This document shows, piece by piece, positions 35,774 through 49,465 of a stretch of 64,000 bases of DNA. Under the pieces are notes generated by a model that worked only from the letters and a program-made list of their open reading frames with translations, made no database searches and had not been told where the DNA came from. Source of the stretch: Raillietiella orientalis (lineage: Eukaryota); contig JAYWIR010000006.1 of the NCBI GenBank assembly GCA_036172245.1, positions 3,844,001 through 3,908,000 of the forward strand, given 5' to 3'. The translations under genes and the position numbers were made by a program. Position 1 is the stretch's first letter. Every line of letters begins with the position of its first letter.

Positions 35774-38082
35774 ATGGCACAAAATGGACCATTCCTTACA
35801 GGACCTGCTCCCGGAAATAAACACAGTTGTGAAGATAACATGCAGCCGCCCACTGTAGAAAGTACATTGCATGAAAGTAAAGCCAAAGATATAAGTTCAG
35901 ATGTCCAAACTTCATTAGGAAACTATAATTATGAATCTTTTCCATTTTCATTTGCCTCAGCAGCAGAAGTCGATAAAGGTAAAACATTTTGATTGTTCGC
36001 GTAAATACCCTACACAAATACAAACTTTGTGAATTTTCCTTGTGTTGGCAAAGTGAAAGTGTTACACTTTTGCAAGTGTTAACATAGGCTCCTGTTTGCT
36101 TGTAATTATTTTTTACTACCATGAGGGATTCCATTGCCATTTCAAGCATCCACATTTTATCTTTGGAGTCATTGGCTTGAATCTTATCCGTTAATCACTC
36201 AGATCCAAAATCAGTGATCCTTTGGGAAGAATGAAAAGCAATACTTGGATTATTCCATTCTACATTGTTATTTGTGAGACAGATTCGAAATTCACTATTT
36301 ATTAAATTGATTTCAAATGAATGAACAGGTTGGCTTTGGCATTTTAATTTGTGAAAATTTTTTGCACAGGGTTTTAATGTTGGGTTATTATATGATGTCA
36401 ATGTTAATATGAATTCTGCTAGAATGCTGTTTAGAAACGTAACTAATTGTAATAAATTCATCTGCAGCAGATTCCAATCCCCGGATGTTCATGCAGTGTA
36501 TGGTAGAAAGTACAAATGCATTATTTTTGAGAAACATTAAAATCCTTGATTTGATTTATAGTTGAGAATTTGATCACATTATTTTCTGTGTTCGAAACAG
36601 GTAGCCTTAAGGTGAACTCTAGTTGTGAAAACTAATCAACACATGATCCAGGAACTAAGAGTTCAGTTATGCAAATCTCAGATGGTAAGAATAATCTTTA
36701 ATAGGTAATGTTTTCCCTTGAATGTTCAAATATGGTTAGATGATTGAGACATGAGCTTATTCTGATCTACACTACAAGTGCTTGTTCACATCATGATATT
36801 ATAGATCTATCTCGAATTATAAGTCTGTCTGTTTTTTCACCAAGGTATTATTGTGTCAGTTCTGTTGAGATATTCACACATACACAGCTGTAAGTACATT
36901 TGTTGCAACAGTGCACTTGCAAGAAAGAAAAAAAACCATCAACTTCCTTAAGCACAAGAGATCTACATGGAGTAAGTCTTTAACTGTTGATCTTTATGGA
37001 GAGCACTAGCTGATCATGGAACTCGAGAATTGCTGTAAATTGACTATAATTCTCAACATAGCATTAATTTAAGAACATTCATTTAAACATAATTTGAGGA
37101 TTGACGATAATATATTTCTGATAGGCATTAATACTCTAGTATGATGTATATAGTAGTTGTATATGGTTTCGAAAATGTGATGCATTGTTACTAAACATTT
37201 CTTTGTCATAGGGAGTTCTAGTATTTTACAAGCACTGCCTCCAGGCTCAACATCTCCTAGCATCCATTCTCCACAAACAGACCCTGCATCCAAGTTGGAT
37301 TCTCTCAAAAATTGGGGCATAGCAACATATAAGTGTACCCGGCAGTTGCTTGCAGAAAAGTTTGGAAAAAGCTCACGTACTATCGATAGGGAGATTGAAA
37401 CAAAGATCGAAATTTTGCGTGATACACAGAAGAAGTATCAACACTTGCTACACCTAGCACAAGCAATGACTAGCCACTTCTATCATCTGATGTTGACTCA
37501 AAGTTCCTTGGCAGACTGCTTTGCTGATATGGCTCAGAAATCACCAGAGTTGCAGGAAGAATTTTTATACAATTTTGAAACACAAAAGTGCCTGACACGT
37601 AATGGTGAAAGTTTGCTTTCTGCCCTTCATTTTTTTGTATCCTCACTAAATACCCTATGCAATAAAACAATGGAAGACACATTAAGTACAATACGTCTGT
37701 ATGAGAATTCTAGGTGAGCTGTTGTAAAGTTTAAAAAAAGAATATTAAAGTTATTTCCAGGTTGGAATTTGATGCTTATCGAAATGATGTGGAAATGTTG
37801 AGACAAGAGGGTCCAGCTGCTGAGGGTCGACTACAGGAAATGCTGAGACGTTATGATGCATGCAAAACTCATTATGAAAAGTTGCATTCCGATGTGTCTG
37901 TGAAACTGCACTTTCTGGATGAGAATCGCATTAAAGTCATGCACAAGCAGTTGCTGCTTTTCCACAATGCTATCTCAGCATATTTTGCTGGCAATCAAAA
38001 ATCTTTTGATGCAGTGCTCAAGCAGTTTAACATCTCCAAAAGAAATCCAAATGCTAATGCTAGCTCTTGGTTGGAGCAGTAA
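35774..38082 (+). CDS. ARFIP2: Arfaptin (AH/BAR domain), about 342 aa; exons 35774-35978, 37212-37713, 37761-38082
   Basis: [51 protein letters not shown] and [36 protein letters not shown] are arfaptin hallmarks. GT-AG junctions are phase-compatible (1 and 2). The first coding exon is less certain, and ARFIP1 vs ARFIP2 cannot be resolved for an invertebrate-type single gene. Confidence 0.92.
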
Positions 38083-39499
38083 TACACAGGAAAAGCTTTT
38101 TTTTTCTAGTCAACAATCCTGTAACAGTAAAAATGATGCATAGCTATACATGCAGAGATTTGATTTTTTTAATTAATTTCACTGTAACTCTACATCAAGT
38201 TGAGAAGCAGCAGCATGTTCAAGTCTATTTAGCACAAAACTGGTCATATCGAGGAATCTCTCTACACAATTTCCTAGGCATTTTTCAGTGCGGTTATCTA
38301 GCCGAGCACTCACTTTGTCCACACACACATCCCAGCACTGATCAGTCAAATCGTGCACTAAAGCCTATAAATAATTGCCTACAGTGAGGCTGTAACCATG
38401 AAATACCAACCTGGAAACGCTGTTTTGCAGTTTCTTTTGTAACAAACTGCTCTAATTGCGAATCCACAGCACTACCACTACTGGAATCCATGTTCGAACA
38501 GTCCAAAATACTTCACTCTGTAAAAATTCCAAAAGAAAAACCATTACGCTGCATCACCTTCATACTTTCGCACTACTATACTTTTTTGTGTGGATCACAA
38601 CATCAAAAATTTAACATTTCTGCAAGTAATGTGTACAGTTTTGGTGGTATGCTTTATGCGTTTATGTCAAATGAACTGCACCGCTGCATGCAGTCACCGG
38701 TAAAACAAAATTTAGTAAGAGAAAAGTACGTACAGAAACAGGTGATGAAGCTCTTATAACTTGCAATTTATCACTTCAATTTCAAAGTACTACACTAAAA
38801 TTTCAGGGGGTTTTGCCGCAACCATTTTCGGTGGCTAATTTCTTGACGAGAAAAATTACGTCACAAATTTTCCTTTCCATGTCACGTGGTCACTATGAGA
38901 CGGCAACAAACCGAGGAACCACGTAAAATCCAAATTGTGTGCTTGCTGACAAATGCATGGCTTCCCTGACTTGGCATCCCCAGGAGCATACCGGATGCAC
39001 AAGTCTCTCAGAAAGCCACTTTATGTCACAAAAAAAACGGTTAAAAGATTAGAATACATTACAAACTTAACCAAGGGCCCAGCAACTAAATGTGCATAAA
39101 ATGAACAGTGGATGGTTCCCCGATTTCTTTCGAATGCACGGAATGCCACTAATTTCACTCTTGAGGACAAATCCGAATCCCGAATAGAACTATGCCGGAA
39201 CATTTCGTGCTGTAATATAATATGTAATTTATCTCCGCCTTGGACAACTCCCAATTTGACGTGATCAAAGTGCTTGGGAAGCTCTGCTCACTATTCTTAA
39301 GGAGAAATTTGGTAAAAGTGATCAACAGTATCTACTTGTGTGGTAAGAATAAGTGGACGAGTAGAATGAGAAGATTTTACCAGAACTGCAGTTTCATTGA
39401 TTTCCTTTACAAAAAGACAAATTGGCATTCGTAATATTCATGGTGCAATGTCCAACGGTGGTTTCGAAACCATCTTTCTATGAACTTTTTACATGAAAG

Positions 39500-40700
39500 C
39501 TGCCATTCTAGGAATTTCTATTCCAAACGATTGCTATTCTACTTATGTTAGGACAGTTTTCAAATATAACAGTAGCAATTTAACAGTAATAATATAACGT
39601 AACATAGGGGTTCCAGTAAAAATTTTCTTCTTTTAGTTCATGGAACGGAAAAGTAGCGTTCGTCAACTTTGACCTAAATATTATATTGTGCGAGAAGTGA
39701 GGAAAAGTTGGTTATGACCTTTCATTACAACACTGGAAAATTTGGAATATATTCTGCTTCGAAAATATTGCTTCCATCAAACATCGATGTCGTTTTGATG
39801 CACATCTATCAGGGATTTAACAAGAAATTCTAATAAATTCAAATTCATTATTTTCACAGATGTAATTAATAAACTTTTAATCACAAGTATACCATAAGTG
39901 CCAATTATGGATATTTCTAAGAACTGATAATATCAATGTTGATTTGAAAATGATAACCTTGGGGTTTATTTGTTATAGGAAGTGCTGTTGTGTTAGAGAC
40001 TAACATAGCTCTCAACATTTACGGAGTTCATTACGTTTCCATTAGGATATTAAGACCTTTCTATTTATTATATCCGTAAAACTGTCATCAGCGTTATCGA
40101 ACGAAGACAATCTAGGTTTTTGCCAACCTACGAACATCTGTTGTAAATATCAAGTTATTAATGAATGTTTGCATATTGATTATACTCTTCGGAGCAATAT
40201 ATTGTATGCATTCGATTCCTTCTCTAAGGTTTCTACAGAGTCAACAATAACTTTATTCGAGATTTCTAAATATTAGTTTCTAATTTATAAATACTCATCA
40301 ACATAAAAATGCATCTTAGTTATATATGAAAGCAATAAACTTTGTAATTGTATTAACAGATATACTGAAGTTAAAAACGCGAAAGGTCCTTTATGATTTT
40401 ATGTCAAAAAATTGAAAAATTGGGACAATTTTTTGGTTTATGAAATCGAAATTATGTACAGAGATTTGATTTATAAGGAATCAAGTAGATAAGCAGTTAA
40501 AAAGAAAGAAGACTCAAATAGCATTCTGAAATTAGCATCATTCGCATTTCTAGGTAGAAATAAAATAATGATGCACCGAGATTGCTGATTTGAATTGCAA
40601 AGATTAAAAGTCACAGCATCGAAAACATTACGATTCAATTCCAGCTGAAGAGAAACATTCCATTGGCATCTTAAAACACTAGTGAAAGCAATGTTTTCTA
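39500..40700 (-). mobile_element. Decayed AT-rich LINE RT remnant
   Basis: Minus strand near 40085-40110 reads FDNADDS (YADD-like), with FFDI upstream. Many stops. Confidence 0.3.
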
Positions 40701-41499
40701 TATCTTAATCCCCCTGTTGCACAAATGCAAACTTACAATACTGACACTTGATTCTCCATTTTAGATAAATCTTGAAATAAGCAATCTTGATGATAAAAAA
40801 TATCCAGTAATTTTCAATGAAATAATCAGTCCATTATCATTGGAGTGTTGTTTTCCTTTTTATTTTTTTGGATTCCAAATCAGATGCTAGGCATGTTCTT
40901 ACTGCAAATTAATTGGCGTTGTAGATTGTATCTGAGTAATTACGTATATATAAACTATTTATTAGCATGTTTTTAAATTTTGTGTCCGTATGAGATGAAA
41001 ATAGGCCTATGAATTAAAAGTACAACACTGGTACGGCAGTTGTCATTTAAAGCCACTTGAAATATTTTTAAAGAGTAATCTTTAAAATAAAGAATCTTGA
41101 TTGATATTTCATTAGAAAATCGAGTTTTTCTGCTGTTTTATAATCATAACATGATCCAAGGTCAAAAACAGAGGCCAAAGCAAGTGGTCAATACACTTGA
41201 GAAACAGAAAATCGATGGTGTAAGTGAAAAGCAAAAATTTCTTAATAATTGTTGTAACCAAGTTATTCTGTCCATTTATTTTATTGTACGTTAATTGTTG
41301 CCCTCAGCTTAAATCTTATACTTGTTCTATGCTTTTAGCTGATGTGACATGAAATTCCTAGAAGTTTTCAGAATTTTCCTTATTCTAAAATCTTTATCAT
41401 TATTATATATGAGTTTCTTGAAAATTTTCTTGTAGCTCGTTTAAGATGATTATCTATGATGTTTTTTTTTTTTTATTGCTTTTTGACGAACTGGACATT

Positions 41500-42500
41500 A
41501 AAACAGTTCTAAGTACGAAGTATCTCAAAGTGATTTGAAAGCATTGTATAATCGCCTATTAAAAGATATCGGTAATGAATCTAATAAACGAAATAACGGA
41601 AATATTGGAGATTAGCCGATTCCTACAACCGAATTAAGGAAAAGTTGCGATGTTTTATGGGGAAGACGTTACCTTATTAATAAAAGAAAATGGATGGTAT
41701 GTTTTTAATGAAAATTTTATTACAAATGAGGATATTTCATACTTATTTCACAGTATTTTCCCATTGGTTATGAAAAATAGTTGCATTTAGCAATCGATTC
41801 AGATCATTTTCAACTTGCGTTTTAGAAAGAGGGATGAAATAAAATTACACTTTGTGACTTCACTGCAATGGGACAAGACAATATGATTTCCTAAGGTTTC
41901 AGCAAAAACGATTAAAATTAATAGATACTCAATCACTGTAGAATCATAATGGAACTAAAAAAGATTATCAGAGTTAGGGAAGATGATTAAGGAGATGAAA
42001 TAGAGAGAGATACTTTTTATACCATCCAGTGAACAAAGAAAAGTAGTTATCTTCTGTGAGACAGGGCTTATTCTTGAATCATATAATAAATAAAACTTCA
42101 GAGTAGTGATCACAGTTCAAGCTGTAAATTAATGCTTCATAGAAATGAAATGAAAAGTCTAGGAAAATTTGAGAAATCAAAAAGTCGAACAGGCTTTTAT
42201 TTTCATTCGAAAATGGACACCAACCTCAATGGCACAAACTGGAAAGGTGATAGCTTCAAAGGGAACTGTTCAAAGGTAACTGTATATAACAAAGAGGAAA
42301 CTGTATATGGCCCAAAATTGAGAGGGTGGTTTTATGTGAATCGGAGTGAAACAAATGAATAAAAATGGCAAATAGTTTGATTCTCGGTAGTATTCTCGGC
42401 CTTTTGGCTAAGATCAAAGTGTATAGGGAGCTATCGTTGCAGAATTCAAAGTAATTCATCAATCCTTTCTTCATTTTCAGAGATAAGCAAACTCCCTGAG
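41500..42500 (+). mobile_element. Possible decayed LINE RT remnant
   Basis: YGEDVTL near 41656 (YADD-like). Otherwise unrecognisable. Confidence 0.2.
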
Positions 42501-44499
42501 GTCAACATCAAACGCTTATTCAGTGGGGGGGGGGGAACATGAAGAACAAAAAAACTCTTGTTTGTGCTCACATAATAGACTGTGATCAACAAATTTTGGT
42601 ATTTCAGAATTTTAAATCAATTAGGAACTAAAAAGATAATACGGAAACGAAAATGAAGCTGAAAACTATCAGTGAAGAGTAAAAATCGATATTTCGTTCT
42701 TAGTTGGAAGCTATGGCTTGTGAAGAACAGTTGCAGTTGAAAAAAACAAAGCGAAACTCGCAGATTTTTCCTATCACAATAGGAATGATAACGAAAAGAT
42801 AAAAAAAACTCAAGTAAAGATAAAAGTTCATGACAGTAGGAGGGATAGAAGGTTATAGATAATGAAAAATTGGCACTTCGTATAAAGAACTGGGAACCCA
42901 GCCAATCTCTTGATACAGATGGAATTCCTTGGGAATAAATTTGAATGGAGAAAAATATGCTGGGGTTTAGACAATAGCTTTTCCATAGTCTGTATCACCT
43001 GGAATCAAATCTAGAGATTCAAAAATCAAATTCACTTTATCAATCGGCATTTGCAAATTCTGGCAGGAAAAAAGTGGAATTTCACAGGAAAAATTTATTT
43101 CTACTTAATTTACTATATCTGCATTGCCATTCATTGTAAAATATAGATATAATTAGTTCCATAGAGCCATGTGCCGCATTGGCATGTGTCCCCAATACTT
43201 TCTGGGTACTCTTGTGTCATCTAGTTCTGGGAATGTGAATTTGGTTGCCTTTTGTGTGCATCCCCTCAGAAATCAGGCGTTGAGGATGAGGGAAACCTTT
43301 GATTATTCTAACTTTTTGAAGATACCTTCTATTTTTATAAGATTTTGTTGGAGAAGCTAAGGGAAATTTATTGAAAGTTGGAGAGAAATATATTCAGGGA
43401 AAAATTTCCATTCTTTCAGATAAACCTCAACCCTTGAACTTTTCAATGAAAACTTTACATTTCAAGAAAATGAATGTTTGGCTGCTGCTTTTTTTTTTTT
43501 TTTTTTTTTGACGTTTTGGAATAAGCGTATCATTTCATATCAACCGAATCTTAAATCTCTGAAATTAACGAAATGAAACGTTTAATTTGGTAATAGAAGA
43601 ACGAACCGAGCTCAGAGTCTCTCATTCACACTTCAACAGATTTTTTGGTGAAGAGAAATTCGCCTACCATTCTCTGTGCATGAAGTCACCAAACACAAAA
43701 CTCTCGAGGCTCAAGAAGTAAGGTCAGCTCCTCAAGATAGAAAAATCAGCAAAATAATCGGATGTGAGGAAAATATTAAATTTTGCAAGCAAGAAGCATA
43801 GTGCAAAAAGCCAGGGGTCACCAAATTATGAAGGCAAACGCAAAATTGTTGAATGACTGCTGCCCCCGGCTTCGTAAGAAAAACTCCAAATCGAAGTGGT
43901 CTTAACTGACTGCTCACAACTATCCATCCAAGATAAATAACAATTTATAGATGGATACAAAGTCAAGATAGTTTTAGATTTATTTTCAACAAGCAGGAAG
44001 TTTTGAGGCAACTCCAGTCATCGGAGTTTTGGAGAGAAAACCATGAATATAAGGAAGGGATTTGGACAAAATATGTCGACAGGAAACGAGAACGATGGGA
44101 TGTCTTGCGTCCAAAGTCAACTTTGTCAACAGAAGAACGAACTTACAATATTTTGACTTCAAACATTTGCAACATGGAAAGAAGACATTTGCAGAGGATT
44201 TCGTAATCTGCTGAACCTCAGTGACAATCAGTAAACCTATGCTCAGATGCTGAATCCCTCCATACCATCGTAGCTCCAATGGGTGAAAATTGCGAGTGAT
44301 AAGAAGTTCTCGAGTCAAGATGCCGTTGTGAGATGAAATATGGCATGGCAGCAACAGAGAACTGGACGCATTATGGATTATCACACGAAGCTCGAAGCAA
44401 GATTTCTGACCGGATCTTTGTTGGGATTTAAGAGACTGATGATACTGACAGATACTCCTGTCAACAGAAAGATTCGCAAACAAAGGGATCTCATCTCGA

Positions 44500-47400
44500 A
44501 AGCACGTCTCAAGGAATGACATTTGAAGAGACATCGAAACAGCCATTTGTGAAAATCCCGTCCGTACCTCCGATATCCACTCGAGAATATCGGGTAGACG
44601 TTCAGTATTTCAACTGCATGTAGACGGGGTAACATTTTGAGTAGAACATCGAATAGCTTTCTGTGCAGCACAAGTTTCTACGCCAGTGTGAAATCGGTGA
44701 CCTGCTCTTGTATGTACTTGGATCCTCCCCCCTCTTCTTTCAATAGAGATTTTGGAAATCAAGGTTTGTTGAATGAATTCACATTTATGGGATTTCCAAA
44801 TGCAAGTCCAAAATCCCTATCTGTGACCAGACATTCTTTTGATTTCCAGCACACATTTATGTAATCATTAACAAAATAGACTCATTTTAACACACGAATG
44901 CCCACAATATTCTAAAAGGAAAATAAATATTATTTTTTTTTGATGAGAAAGTTGCCTACGAATATGTTCCAAGTTTCATAATACAGTGTGGGAGGCAAGA
45001 ACTGTTCTCAACGACCGACAGTGAAATGAAGACCACCTGATGCCTTTAGTTGAGAATCATGTTTAGATGAAGGTTGCATGAATCTTCAAGGATATATAAT
45101 TTTGCAATTAAGAGATGAAATGCAACAAGTCATAAAAACCACAGATTTCCAAGAGACAGATTCCATCTCTGGTCCTAAATGGAAAAGAGAATGGTGCCTT
45201 TTCATCGCACTAAGTAAATTGAGCTCAAGGGCTTCACGATCTTCACTAAAAACGGCTGCCTCGAATAGGATTGCTATTCATGAATACGTTAAACCGAGAA
45301 TGTGTCGAATGGTACATCTCTCTCCTTGGAATGTTCAAGCTGGAGATGGAAAACAAGAAATTTAGTAACAAATTGTCTGAATGCTAATCAAGTGGAGGCA
45401 GTTCGACCTGAAGCAGTTACTTTCCGCTCCACTCGAGAATAGCTCCAAACCTGTCTATTATCTGGGATACAAATTGGGATGAGTGTAGCAGCGAGCTGTT
45501 TGGAAAACAAAAGCAAATTAAGAAGCAAAGAGAAAGGGCGCAACGCAATGAAGCATGAAAAAAATGAAAGGTTTATTCAATTTCCTGGATTTGTAGCCAG
45601 CTGGGCGATTTTTCTCTTTTTATGGAACCATTCTGCACAAGCAGAGCTGTTGGCGTACTACCGTGTGTACATAGCGTCAATAAATTACTATTATTATTCG
45701 GGAACTAAGCAGAGCTCTAAAATGTTCGGCAAGGAATTTAATAAACTGAATTTTGTCTAGAAAACGAGCACGCAAGACAACCAAACGGCAGATATTTGAA
45801 CGGCACAGCAGGTCAGATCACACGACACCGAAGTGGACAACACAAGAAACTCGTTCTTGAGCGATGGAAGATACGCATAACTCTTACTCTGAAAATGTAA
45901 AATTAAATTAATAAATCGCATGTCCGATTCTACCGAATTCCTAACCACGCAGGCTTTCGGAGACTGAAACAAATTCGGTCTGCATTCTGGAAAATGATGC
46001 GATAAACGTGGCAAGTGACTGCGCCTCGAACATTCTGGAAAGACGAATTTCGGTCTGCTCACTCACTTGATAACAGTGCACCTACAGGTCCGCCATCTGT
46101 TGCTCGTTCTAATTTCCGGACAGAGTTGCGAATCTGTTTTGTATGAAAATGCTTTCGAACATTCATTCTATTGGGACTGCACGTATATCTGATAAAAGAA
46201 ATGAACATCGTGCGAGACATGAAGCTGGTCAGCCGCGCCGTTTTGTAGATGTGATTCTTGCATGGCAGTGGAGTACGGTTTACAGCTGAAAACCAAAACC
46301 TGGCTCATAAGCAATGAGTCATGTAATGAATGAATATCCATGGCGTATTGTGAGCCATACCAAGCAGCACCCATGGGGTTGCAGTTTGCAGTGGCTCCAA
46401 TTCACATGCTTTGGTTTTTGTCTCGACCTGGAAATGCATGTTAATAGATACTGAAAACGTAATCTCCATATCGAGCTCATCGGGGTGAAAAGCTTCAAGA
46501 AAGAGCTCTTCCCGCCTTTACTGCTCTGGACCGCTCTTCAACCTTAGATGTGCTTGTGTTTTTATGCAGTTTGGTTGCCTTTTCCGTTTTTACGCAGCTG
46601 TTTCGGCTTCCGGTGACTCTCCAGCTTCGTCTTCCCCGCAGTGTGCTTTTGGATGCATCTTACTCCTCTGTCTTTGAAAACTTTGGGAATCGAACGCATA
46701 GTTTCCTTGTTCAGACGAAGGAAGGCAGCACTTGAAGAAACCGTGCTCAAGACCGTTTCTGCTTCACCGTGCATTCCTTCGAAATGCTTTGACATGTCAT
46801 TATACACAATTCGTTCTGCAAGGTCATGTTTATAGAATCGTGTCCACCATTTAAGTCCTCTGCAAGGGGTTTTCCAGTGCTCTGAAATCAACGTGCGCAA
46901 ACTCACACAATGCTTTCTGAAACATTAAGCCGCTCTTGATTATTGTTTTTTTTCTTCAATTGATCATTGCAGTCCTGGTTCCGTGCCTTCAAGAGCCCTT
47001 TTCCTCTGCTCGTATTTCGTCAGAACGATTTGGAAATTGATTTTCGATGCATCGGGACATGAGAATGAAGCTGGAGCTGGATGCAGCCGCGGAGGGTGGG
47101 GTTGGGATCGGTAGCATCTCCGACGTCCGCTTCTGCTGCTGCCTTCACGAAAATCTTCTGCTGATTCTCTCGGAAATCTTGTCAGTTCCAGATGTCACAC
47201 TGCCAAAAAAAGAATCATTTGAGAATCCAGTTCGAAATCCTCTCCCAGGTGAATCGTATTTCGGAACAAATAGGTACCATATCGTGCAACCGTAATCGCC
47301 AATGAGCTTAGCACGAGCCTTTTATTCAGGCTGTTAAGAAAGTGCGCCGAAATCCGACCCTTTGTACTTTTATGCTTCGGTACACATTCGATTAAAATGT

Positions 47401-48400
47401 GGCTTGTGGGCTTGGGCTTGAAAAACGAGGGAAGTTTGGAAGCATCTGAGAGAACACGTTTTCGCATTCCTAAGAGATACGCACGTGTTGTTTCCAATGC
47501 TTACAAATGAGATTAGCAAACCTTTTTTGGGGGGGAGGGGGGGAACAAAAACTTGTATGCACTTCTGCGTCCATGGTAAAGGAACCATCGAACCTTCCCG
47601 AAGGATTTTCAATTCTTTAAAAGGCTTAGCTGCGTCCATCTCGAACCCAACAAGCTGAAATGTTCGTACTCCAAATGAACCGTACGTTCGCCTGCTTGGT
47701 TTTGAATGACGATCACATTTACTGAGACATGGCCGCGTTCCCTCCGATGAAAATGAAAACAAATCGGCACAGCGCCTTTCGATTAGGAAATAACGATAAG
47801 CTGAATGCTCTCTCTCATCCGCACTCTCCTGAATAGCAACGGTAATGCTACAGCGCTCCACGCCTAAGGTTGACGATTTCAACTCGAATTTCCGGATGGC
47901 TCTAAAGACCCGTTCTGAATGCGCAATCCCACTCTTGCACCACAAATCAGTACCACAAGTTAAGAGCACTTTTAAAAGTGTATGCAGCTCTCTCTACCCG
48001 TAGGCCGATAAACTCATGAACTTCCTGTACTCCTTCCTGTGCGCCTTCAGATTTCGGTAGTGAAATCGAATGATTGCGACAGTCGAAATCAAGCCTGGGA
48101 TTTCTTAAAGATTGGATTTCACAGATTGGTGATTGAACAGATGAGATTATATATCATCACGTGAAGTGGAAGGAAAAGAGCTCTCTTCTTCAGGCTATTA
48201 AGAACACGAACTTTCTTATTACTAACGTTTTTTACAAGATGCCTCCGGACTACTGGAAGGGAACCCTGCAATAAATTTGAAATACTACTAGCTTCGCGAT
48301 GTGGATCAATTTCCCCCCCACTCACCAATTGAAAACTTTGGGGAGATAATTTTTGCCACGTTACCGAAGTTTACCACGACCTGATCATCATCTAGCATCA
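44500..48400 (-). mobile_element. Ancient L1-like element (ORF1-EN-RT remnants)
   Basis: WVLLGMAHN (about 46345-46373, cf. W.LLGDFN) then ADQLHVS (about 46211-46237, cf. RLDR.YVS) in endonuclease order. RT-like remnants lie downstream on the minus strand. Confidence 0.4.
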
Positions 48401-49465
48401 AAGGATTAACGATTCTTTTTTAAAGTTTTTTATGTGCTCCCATTCAGTTGCGCAGTTTTATGCGGCAGTATCCACACGATCCGTTTGAAGCCTTTTTACC
48501 TTAGACATTGGATCTAGGGAAAAATATTAGGAGGTTTCATCGCCCCAGATTGCATTTTTTGATCTTGAACAAAACAGTGAGAAATCCTAACCCACTCAGG
48601 GAAGTAGGATGTTTCTCACATTCCTTATTTCGAATGGAGAAACAACGCTGTGAATTTCCATAACCGTAGAGTGGCCTATAGAGAGTGCTTTCCGGTTGCT
48701 CCGAGATGTTGCTTGTTCAGCCTCCGCACTGGCATTCTGCTTCCGGGGGCCTGGGTTTCTCCTTCCTTACTTTTCATCCGCTTTCATTCGTTGAACTGTC
48801 TTGCAGGTTCCTAATTCCGCTTACTTGGAATTCATCGCTGCTCCGAGTTGTCTTCCAAAACATCGAGCCATGCCCTCGACTTGCTGAAACGCGGTCGTTG
48901 GGTATTTTTATGCTCTTCCCAGAGGGGTGAGATCAAGCAGAACTCGTCGCCACCTAAGCAGAAATGAATTGTTTTTCTCGCAGGAGTACTGCAACTCTGC
49001 TATCTGCTTTCCATGCAAACAGTCTGCATCCTCCTTTGAAACCGAGGATTCCCCCGAAACTCGCGTTCATTTGCTATCTTCGCGTCGAGGTCTGAACTTC
49101 AGTAGCTCGTTTGGTTTCAATCTTCCAACTTTCAAGTTGAGCGGTACTAGAAGCACGGATTTGCTCGAAAAATCACCACCTCCCTCGTCACAAACAGATT
49201 TTTCGGCTTTTCATTTCTGCTTCGATATATCCACGTCTGCTTTCCCCAAGCATCCGAATCTCTTTCGGTGCTTCTGCGAACTGAGGAAAACGCAACGCTT
49301 TGTGCTGGAAGTACATCCGGAGAGCGAAGGTGACTTCCTGTGTGCGATGTTTCACTCCGAATGCAAACCTCCAAGCAATTTGAGTGTTTCTTGAAAATCT
49401 AGTCGAAACGCGCAAATGCGATGACATGACTGTTCGAGGAAAAACCAAACCGATTTCTTTCACAG

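Noticed and set aside
36633..36635. TAA reassignment (alternative genetic code) to explain the in-frame stop
   Set aside because: Arfaptin and HORMAD end in TAA at plausible C-termini, and no other internal stops occur in conserved exons.
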